In this document: one piece after another, positions 7,951 through 14,871 of the stretch | Numbering within the stretch: the first letter of the stretch is position 1 | Layout: each line of letters starts with the position of its first letter | From: Octopus sinensis | Taxonomy: Eukaryota | NCBI RefSeq assembly: GCF_006345805.1 | Contig: NW_021825550.1 | Location: 1-14,871 of the forward strand | DNA length: 14,871 bases | Reading direction: 5' to 3' | Translations under genes and position numbers: made by a program | Notes under the pieces: generated by a model | Database searches by the model: none | What the model saw: only the letters and a program-made list of their open reading frames with translations | Told to the model about the DNA's origin: nothing

Positions 7951-8819
7951 TTTCTAGTAATGATATGAAGGCTTCCTTAGGGCTCGAAACCTCATAACCA
8001 TATCTGATGACATATAATTTCTAACTTGTTTTTCTGTTCCAGGTCAACACTGACCGATTAGACATTTCTTTGTAAGCGTTCTAGCCGTGAGCATCTCAAT
8101 TTTTTTTTCTTACGAGCATGGTATTCAGAATCTCGTTATTGAACGTAATCTTTCTTTAAGACATTAGCGTTTGATTTATCAAAGATTTAGCTGCTATTTC
8201 TAGCAATTCGAGCAACCATGCAGAGGCTCTGTAACTGCTAAGCAATCACATCTGTCAACATTTTGGCCTCACAAAGTCTCTTTTCATTGTTTTCCTCATA
8301 CAGTAAGACATTACGAGTATAGTTTTGTTGTTGATGTATCTTTTCTGTCATCTCATCGTCTTTGTCTATATTATCTGGCGTTTGAACAACGCATGGACGT
8401 TAAGTATGTTATATTGATGATGTTTATATTATAGAGATGCCTCAGATTGCATAATCTGATTTTATTCTACTTGTATAGCGTTATTGCAAATCAGCAAATA
8501 GTTTTTACACTATTGTATATACTTCAGGCTAGAGATACCGACTTCGTTTCGGAAGTGATCCGAGTGCACGGTTTTGATAAGCTGCATTTACAGCGAAATA
8601 CATATCTACAGCTCTCAAATTCGCTTCTGGGTCAATTTAATTTCACCTACCTTTGAAGTATATTGTGTTTTTTTAAATCCTATACGTCTTCAAAGGGAGG
8701 GCTTTCTCTCGGACGATAAACCGCCGTCCATGGCCTTTAAACATCAATGGTACATGACGTATGCGGTATTGGTAATATTTGCATTATAGAGCCGGTTCCA
8801 CTGCATAACCTGAATTGTC

Positions 8820-9190
8820 TTTTATATGGTACTTGTTTCAATCATTAGACTGTGGCCATGCTGGGGCACCGCCTTAAAGAGTTTTAGTTGAAAAGGTCGA
8901 CCCCAGTACTTACTTTTTAAGTCTGGTACTTACTTATTCAAACGGTCTCTCTTTGCCGAGAGTTTACATAAGTTTTGAGGATATGAACAAACTGACACCG
9001 GTTGTCAAGCATAAGTATGTTACAAGTATACAATGGGTTTACCACGCAATTTCAATCTACCACTTGAACTCACAAGGGCTGGGATTATATTATAGTAGAA
9101 GACACTTGCTCAAGGTACCACGCAGAGGAACTGAACCCGAAACCATGTGATTGCAAAATGAGCTTCTTAGCCACACAATTATGCCTGCAC
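8820..9190 (-). mobile_element. Full-length older SINE family 1 copy lacking the internal microsatellite
   Basis: The minus strand starts GTGCAGGCATAATTGTGTGGCTAAGAAGCTC...CACATGGTTTCGGGTTCAGTTCCTCTGCGTGGTACCTTGAGCAAGTGTCTTCTACTATA and ends GGCGGTGCCCCAGCATGGCCACAGTCTAATGATTGAAACAAGTA. Confidence 0.9.
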
Positions 9191-9199
9191 AAAGTCGTA

Positions 9200-9764
9200 A
9201 AAATTAAAGTTATCACCATTCTTAAACATTTTAGTATCCAAGCAGATCGTGCTATACTCGCTAATAGACCAGATATTGTGATTAAAAATCACGTTGACAA
9301 AATATGTCTGTTCATAGATATATCAATCCCAACAGAGAGCAACACGTCTGTAAAACCTTTCGTAAAGCTAAATAAATCTACGGAACTTGAAATAGAGATA
9401 TCAAAAAATGTGGCATCTAAAAGCAACAACGATTCCTGTAATCAACAGAACTTTGGCAACAATACCAAAGGCATTCTTAAACACTATGGCCAATTCCAGG
9501 AAATTTCAAGGCGACAAAAACACTGTCCGCATGGATAATGCCCACACCCTAAAAAAGACATTGTCAACATGAAAATAAATGATTTTTCTCAAAACTTTCT
9601 GGAAACTAAAATCTTACAAATTTAATAGAATATTACTTCTCAGATTCTGAGAAGTAATTTTGCTAATCACAAATAAAACCCTTTGTAAAATGACGGACTT
9701 GCTATTACTTGAGGTCTCCGGATAAAACTGGGAACAGCATAAATAAAACAAAACAGTAACGTAA
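9200..9764 (+). mobile_element. R4/Dong-like non-LTR retrotransposon 3' end: restriction-like endonuclease (RLE) domain, ORF end and 3'UTR
   Basis: FSIQADRAILANRPDIVIKNHVDKICLFIDISIPTESN...ELEIEISK/MWHLKATTIPVI...AHTLKKTLST* (stop at 9570-9572). The RPD-x14-D catalytic pattern and the W.LK...IPV motif are typical of R4-clade RLE domains. Confidence 0.88.
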
Positions 9765-9799
9765 ATGATGATGATGATGATGATGATGACGATGGTGAT
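9765..9799. repeat. (ATG)n repeat at the 3' end of the RLE element
   Basis: Directly visible. Confidence 0.95.
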
Positions 9800-10032
9800 G
9801 GGTTTGTTCTTTTTCACTCTGCAATTCTGTTGAATTTCGTTATTCGTTTCTATTATATTTTGTATTTTATTCAGTTTTTAACCTGTTCTGTGTGTCGTAT
9901 CACACCCACCTCCCCCACACTCCTTCGATAATTGCATTTGCCTGATAACCTCTCTGTCTGACATGTTTCGTATCAAATGGTAGGCCCTTGCAGCCAATAC
10001 AGTAAAATAACGCTACTGTTATTTTGTTATCC

Positions 10033-10143
10033 TCATCATCACCATCACCACCACCACCACCACCACCACCACCACCACCACCACCACCAACTCCACTACT
10101 ACTACTACTACTACTACACTACTACTACTACTACTACTACTAC
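10033..10143. repeat. Compound trinucleotide repeat (TCA)n-(CCA)n-(CTA)n
   Basis: Directly visible. Confidence 0.97.
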
Positions 10144-10145
10144 CT

Positions 10146-10321
10146 GAGCAAAATACTAACATTTCGTTCTTTTTACGCTATGAGTTCAAATTCCACCGAG
10201 GTTGACTTTACCTTTCATCCTTTTGGGGGTCGATCAAATAGGTACCAGCAAGTACCGAGGTCGATGAGATCGACCTACTCCCTCCCCACAAATTTCAGAC
10301 CTTCTGCGTATAATAGAAAGG

Positions 10322-10322
<1 letters not shown>
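10146..10322 (+). mobile_element. SINE family 2 copy with an alternative tail (type b) ending in (ATT)n
   Basis: Same B-box and central block as 4687-4897 (GAGTTCAAATTCCACCGAGGTTGACTTTACCTTTCATCCTTTTGGGGGTCGAT) but a different 3' part, CTACTCCCTCCCCACAAATTTCAGACCTTCTGCGTATAATAGAAAGGG. Confidence 0.88.

Positions 10323-10398
<76 letters not shown>
10323..10398. repeat. (TTA)n microsatellite
   Basis: Directly visible. Confidence 0.98.
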
Positions 10399-10606
10399 GC
10401 CTTTGCAAACCTTCTAATGCTGGAGATGTACTACGGTGTCAGCTGTTCACTACCAGTGAACTAAGGTAACACCTCTTATTTTTAGAGCACCTTCCGGAGT
10501 ATTCGAGCGGTTCCAAGCAGTGCTGTTTTCAGCAAGTGCTCCCCCCTTATTGCAGCCCTTATTTGCTCCACGTACTTCTCAAGATTTTACTCACTGTTCC
10601 TCTCGA
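10399..10606 (-). mobile_element. Second R4/Dong-like element, severely 5'-truncated 3' end, flanked by (TAA)n
   Basis: Minus strand: GTVSK/NLEKYVEQIRAAIRGEHLLKTALLGTARILRKVL*, matching the QKTALLGTA.ILRKVL C-terminus of R4-clade ORFs. A short 3'UTR runs into (TAA)n. Confidence 0.87.
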
Positions 10607-10610
10607 GATT

Positions 10611-10636
10611 TGTTGTTGTTATAATCATTATTATTA

Positions 10637-10685
<49 letters not shown>
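10611..10685. repeat. (TTG)n/(ATT)n microsatellite
   Basis: Directly visible. Confidence 0.97.
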
Positions 10686-11233
10686 GAGTGAGAGAACTGC
10701 ATGCCATCAAAGTGACACTGCTGTAAAATATACGAAGCCCAGTATACCCAACATGACTACCCGTCTGATAAGGGTACATCAGGCACATGCATCACAGGCA
10801 TATATGCGTGACATGGTGATCTCATATCAAGATAAACAGCGCATGGTCTTGCGGGTGGGGGCCAGTTAGAATTTTCTTCAGGTCGAGTAGCCCATCCCGC
10901 TCAATAGGTCCCTGAATAAGGGTTGTTTAAGGATGATGAACAAAACACCCATGTTTCCAAAAGTGAATTATCCAAACCCCAAAGAATCCCTCTCAACACA
11001 TGGCTATGATGTTCCCCTACTAATTCTGCTCGTTATCAGAGATGCACATATCATCAGCCACCAAGGAACATGCTCAACTGGTCAAAGTCAAGCAACCGAC
11101 ATGCAAATCTGTGGTTTTGAGCAGAATATTTGCTGTAGCCCATCTTTTATACCAAAACAAAACAATGTACATGATAACACTTCCAATCAGTTAAGATCAA
11201 AAGCCATGAGAGCCACTGCATGGTACTGCATCT
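10686..11233. mobile_element. 548-bp non-coding unit bounded by (ATT)n on both sides; unclassified, probably an interspersed repeat
   Basis: Sharp complex/simple boundaries at both ends, higher GC than the flanks and no recognisable protein. I recall similar sequence as a frequent octopus repeat but cannot verify this here. Confidence 0.55.
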
Positions 11234-11251
11234 ATAATTATTATTATTATA

Positions 11252-11317
<66 letters not shown>
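11234..11317. repeat. (ATT)n microsatellite
   Basis: Directly visible. Confidence 0.98.
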
Positions 11318-11321
11318 TGGC

Positions 11322-11385
11322 TTCAGATCACACTAAGGTCAACTTTACTTTTTGTCCTTTTGGGGATGATAAAATTAAGTACCTG
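11322..11385 (+). mobile_element. SINE family 2 central-domain fragment
   Basis: AAGGTCAACTTTACTTTTTGTCCTTTTGGGGATGATAAAATTAAGTACC aligns to 4776-4806 and 10198-10248. Confidence 0.75.
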
Positions 11386-11639
11386 CTCAATACTTCCTGC
11401 GAAAAAAAGAACATGGAAGAGGTATGTTGCAAAGGCCAGTACCTCCTTGCCTTTGGAATATATCGAAGGGAGTAACATACCTATGTTCTAGCAAAATTCG
11501 CTTCCATACGCCTGTAAAGAACAACTAAAGCTGGAGTCCGGAATATAGAAACGTAAGGTAGGTCTTCAAAACATAGGGCAAGGCAAGACAGCAGACTGAG
11601 TTGTTGCACCTCACACCGGTTTACACGCTCACGTCACAC

Positions 11640-12111
11640 TATATATAAGGTGCCACAAGACAGGATGACAGTGAAGAACATCGATACAGGCATTAATCCA
11701 CGAACCGTTAGCACTTTTGCGGTAAAATACTGAGGCTAAGAAAAATATCAAGTGGCCAGATGGAGTCTGCATAGGAATGCAGGGCCTGACGACTCCCTAG
11801 AAGACTACAGGAACATCTTGCAGCTATACCCTGCTCTGTGTGTGAATGAAGAAAAGACATCAAGCTAGGGAATACCCAGCTGCTATATATGTGGAAGTAA
11901 CAATCACTTGAGGGATTTCTGCTTAAAGGAGAAGGGGAAAATGAATGAAGCGAAACAAAGAACTGTAACAGCGGCAGAAACAGCGATAAGATCTAGAATT
12001 TGCTGCTTCAAGAACATCAAGAATATTTTTTGCGACGACGGGGATCTAATCGAGGTTGGAGAAGATTGGGAAACTGACGGCAAAAAAGGAAAGGAAGACA
12101 GCAGGAAATAG
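11640..12111 (+). pseudogene. Decayed gag/ORF1-like region with a CCHC zinc knuckle (probably L1/Tx1-type LINE ORF1)
   Basis: The frame at 11869-12111 reads GIPSCYICGSNNHLRDFCLKEKGKMNEAKQR..., a perfect C-x2-C-x4-H-x4-C at 11881-11922 followed by a K/E-rich segment. The ORF track starts inside the knuckle. The upstream frame is broken by stops, and the clade and boundaries are inferred. Confidence 0.55.
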
Positions 12112-12297
12112 AATGAATTTGAACGGAAGGCGCGTAGGACCCATGGGGAGGAAGAAGTCTGTTCCTGAAAAGATTGAAGAGTGTGTTGTGTAATAGATGA
12201 GTTACAGATGGATCTGTTGAACGGTCTGGACGAGGCTGAATGATGTAGACTTGGTATTAATTGAAGATAAGACATTCGGAGGCGAGTGTAATTACTT

Positions 12298-12299
<2 letters not shown>

Positions 12300-12339
<40 letters not shown>

Positions 12340-12347
12340 ACACACAC
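12300..12347. repeat. (AC)n microsatellite
   Basis: Directly visible. Confidence 0.98.
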
Positions 12348-12349
12348 AT

Positions 12350-12548
12350 CTTTATTCATTTCATGAATTTATTTGTATCAAATTTTAAATATCGCTTTAT
12401 TGTAATAAACTCTCTGCTGCCCCCCCCCCCACTCCGACCCTTCTTCATTTTATATAATTGCATTTCTATGTCCTGCACGTCCTGTAAACGCCTTTGAAGC
12501 ACGTTTCTGTATGAACGTATGGACCCTTGTGGCCAATAAATTAAACAA
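12350..12548 (+). mobile_element. Probable LINE 3'UTR/3' end
   Basis: T-rich segment with a poly-C tract (about 12419-12430), terminal CCCTTGTGGCCAATAAA (12524-12540) with AATAAA, then an abrupt (TTC)n. The assignment is inferred. Confidence 0.4.
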
Positions 12549-12693
12549 TTCTTCTTCTTCTTCTTCTTCTTCTTCTTTTCTTCTTCTTCTCTTCTTCTTC
12601 TTCTTCTTTTTTCTCTTCTTCTTCTTCCTTTCTTCTTCTTCTTCTTCTTCTTCTTCTTCTTCTTCTTCTTCTTCTTCTTCTTCTTCTTCTTCT
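12549..12693. repeat. (TTC)n polypyrimidine tract, about 145 bp
   Basis: Directly visible. Confidence 0.98.
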
Positions 12694-12696
12694 ATA

Positions 12697-12888
12697 GTTG
12701 TTTTTGTTATTGCTGTTGCTATTACCACAGACCACCACCACCACTACCACCACTACTATCATCGTCATCGTCGTCGTCGTCGTCGTCGTTATTGTTATTA
12801 TTATCACCACCACCACCACCACCACCACCACCACTACCGCCGCCGACGTCGTCGCTGTTATTGTTGTTGTTGTTGCTGTTGTAGTTTA
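12697..12888. repeat. Compound trinucleotide array (GTT, CAC, TAC, CAT, CGT, TAT, CAC, CGC, CGT, TGT)
   Basis: Directly visible. Confidence 0.95.
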
Positions 12889-13665
12889 TTTTTGCCGCTG
12901 CAGCATGTCTTTCCGTGGCGCTCCTCGTTGCAGATTACATGTTGTTGATTTTTCAAGGAATCGGGTGTTTATTTTTCGTGTTGTGTCGTGTAGACTTGTT
13001 TGGAAAGCAAGACGAGATTTTATTTAACTTGCCAAACAAATTCTTTTTTTTTTTTCCTGCCATCAGGCATTTCAAACAACAGTACACGCCCACAAAATTA
13101 CAGCAAAAATGCCAAACAAAAACAAAAACAGAAAAGCAGAGAAGCTAAATACACAAATAAAACAATAAAAATGTGTACATTGCAAAAATACACAAGAGGA
13201 ATTTTCATTGGGGAGTATATCTCTCACCATTTTACGTGCAAAATGTGTCAGCCTAAACCCTACCGGAGAAAATAACGATCGAAATATTTTCTTTTTGATT
13301 TCGTTGCCAGCAACAGGGAAAAGTTATGATAGAGTTGTGTTACCAAGGATATTACTTCGTTGCTCGAAGGCATTTCTCAATGGCAGACAAAAAGTTAGCA
13401 TACATTTACTTCATGAAGGGAGAGAGCTTTATGTATTCCCTTGAAAAGATCAATTGAAGGAGGTATTGACTGACCTGTGACCCAGAATCTTACCATTTAA
13501 CTGGGTTACGCTACTCAAAACACATACGCTTAGAATTACACACACTCGGTTCCACTTTCATACACCCGTATACGCTGAGTAACTTACAATTTATACATGC
13601 TTAAAAATCTACATATATTTGATGATAGCAGTTTCTTCGTATCCGAAGACGATTTGTATTATCTT

Positions 13666-13910
13666 GTAGTAGTAGTCGTAGTAGCAGCAGCAGTAGTATT
13701 TGTAAAAGTAGTAGTATTAGTAGTAGTTGTAGCAGTTGTTGTTGATGTTGTTGCTCTTCTTCTTCTTCTTCTTCTTCTTCTTCTTCTTCTTCTTCTTCTT
13801 CTTCTTCTTCTTCTTCTTCTTCTTCTTCTTCATTCTTCTTCTTCTTCTTCTTCTTCTTCCTCTTCACTTCTCCACCTCCACCTCCTCTTCATTCTTTGCC
13901 ATCGTCGTCG
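13666..13910. repeat. Compound trinucleotide array (GTA, GCA, GTT, long TTC core, CTC, CGT)
   Basis: Directly visible; TTC core at about 13756-13860. Confidence 0.96.
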
Positions 13911-14440
13911 GAGTAGGGAATCATAATTCCCACAAAGCACATTAAGCAAGCATGTCTGCTACGAACGTCTGGACATTAAATTAATTAAGATGGTTTCCAA
14001 ATCCTTCTTTCAACTAGTCATGATTCGTTAACAAAAAAACAAAACATAAATAAATAAAATTAAATTAAAAAATAAAAACAAAAACCCCACTCCGATAAAA
14101 AAAAATTCTTCTAATGTCAGAAACTTTAAGGGGAGAGAGCGAGTCGAGTGCATCAATTGCAGTGCTCGTATATTTGTATATATATTTTAACCAACTACGT
14201 ATGCTGTGAGAGAAAAATTTGAACATGTACCACTTTCTGCATTCTTTGTAATTGTTTGAAATTTATACTCTTGATAATATTCATAATTCAGAGAAGCGAA
14301 CCCGGAAATTCTTCATCGGAAGAATTACAGCGAGATTGTTCGTACTAAGCGACCATTGAGGTTTATTACAACTTGATGAGGTTAGCAGTAACCTGGAACA
14401 TACCTGAGAGCTATTACGGTTCCAGCCTAGATAATTTATT

Positions 14441-14593
<153 letters not shown>

Positions 14594-14871
14594 TAGACCC
14601 ACATTTCCACACCTACACATACGCACACGTAAAGATCACCAGCCCTTTTCCACACGCACATACAAACTCTCTTATACACACGCACGCGCACGTTCGTTTT
14701 GGGATCACCACTACTTTATTATCTCCCCTTCTCCCTAGCTCTCCTGTGTGAAATCTTTATGGTACCAGAAAAGGTATTTTAACTCCTATTTCTAAATTCG
14801 GTGCGTGGCGAAACAATTAGCTGACCCCTGATTATAATTATGCATACAATTATAGAATATTTTATGATATA

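Noticed and set aside
7962-7993. GATATGAAGGCTTCCTTAGGGCTCGAAACCTC, similar to the 3521 hammerhead motif
   Set aside because: The core, stem II and stem III (ACCT instead of ACGT) all deviate, so it is too degenerate to call.
11180-11233. Possible HDV-like ribozyme at the minus-strand 5' end of the 548-bp unit (CCATGCAGT/ACTGATTGG pairing and a GGC-7nt-GCT hairpin)
   Set aside because: No convincing P1 or P1.1, and no room for P4 or the catalytic J4/2 strand.
13022-13275. Strong acceptor (T-tract, CATCAG at 13061-13066) followed by a K/Q/N-rich frame ending HFTCKMCQPKPYRRK
   Set aside because: The peptide is low-complexity and A-rich with no family match and no partner exon.
13487-13580. Minus-strand ATG|GTAAGA donor, as a possible ATG-only first exon
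   Set aside because: No downstream minus-strand coding exon could be identified, and such motifs are frequent by chance.
14307-14326. 8-bp hairpin AATTCTTC-ATCG-GAAGAATT (also a 7-bp hairpin at 7724-7741)
   Set aside because: Stems of this length are expected by chance in 15 kb of AT-rich DNA.

Overview
Eukaryotic, AT-rich, repeat-dominated non-coding DNA, intergenic or a large intron. It is most likely from an octopus or other coleoid cephalopod; this is inferred from the SINE families and the very high microsatellite density, not from a database search. No host protein-coding gene, rRNA, true tRNA or CRISPR array can be supported, and nearly all long ORFs in the track are microsatellite artefacts. 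Supported content: (1) a decayed Tc1 transposase (-) head-to-head with a decayed RTE LINE 3' half (+); (2) an internally deleted Tc1/mariner element with 97-bp TIRs and a 59-codon HTH-only ORF that the ORF track missed; (3) a hAT-like MITE; (4) two tRNA-derived SINE families, about ten copies or fragments; (5) two different R4/Dong-type RLE-endonuclease LINE 3' ends abutting trinucleotide repeats; (6) a decayed gag/ORF1-like CCHC zinc-knuckle region; (7) many simple and compound microsatellites. Most interesting: minimal Penelope-type hammerhead-ribozyme-like cores with non-canonical core positions (best at 3513-3554, in a 186-bp unit embedded in (TA)n; others at 5126-5157 and 9960-9993); a local inverted templated copy of a dead LINE segment inside a (TA)n tract; a chain of elements linked by (ATT)n tracts; and modular head/core/tail mixing among the SINEs.
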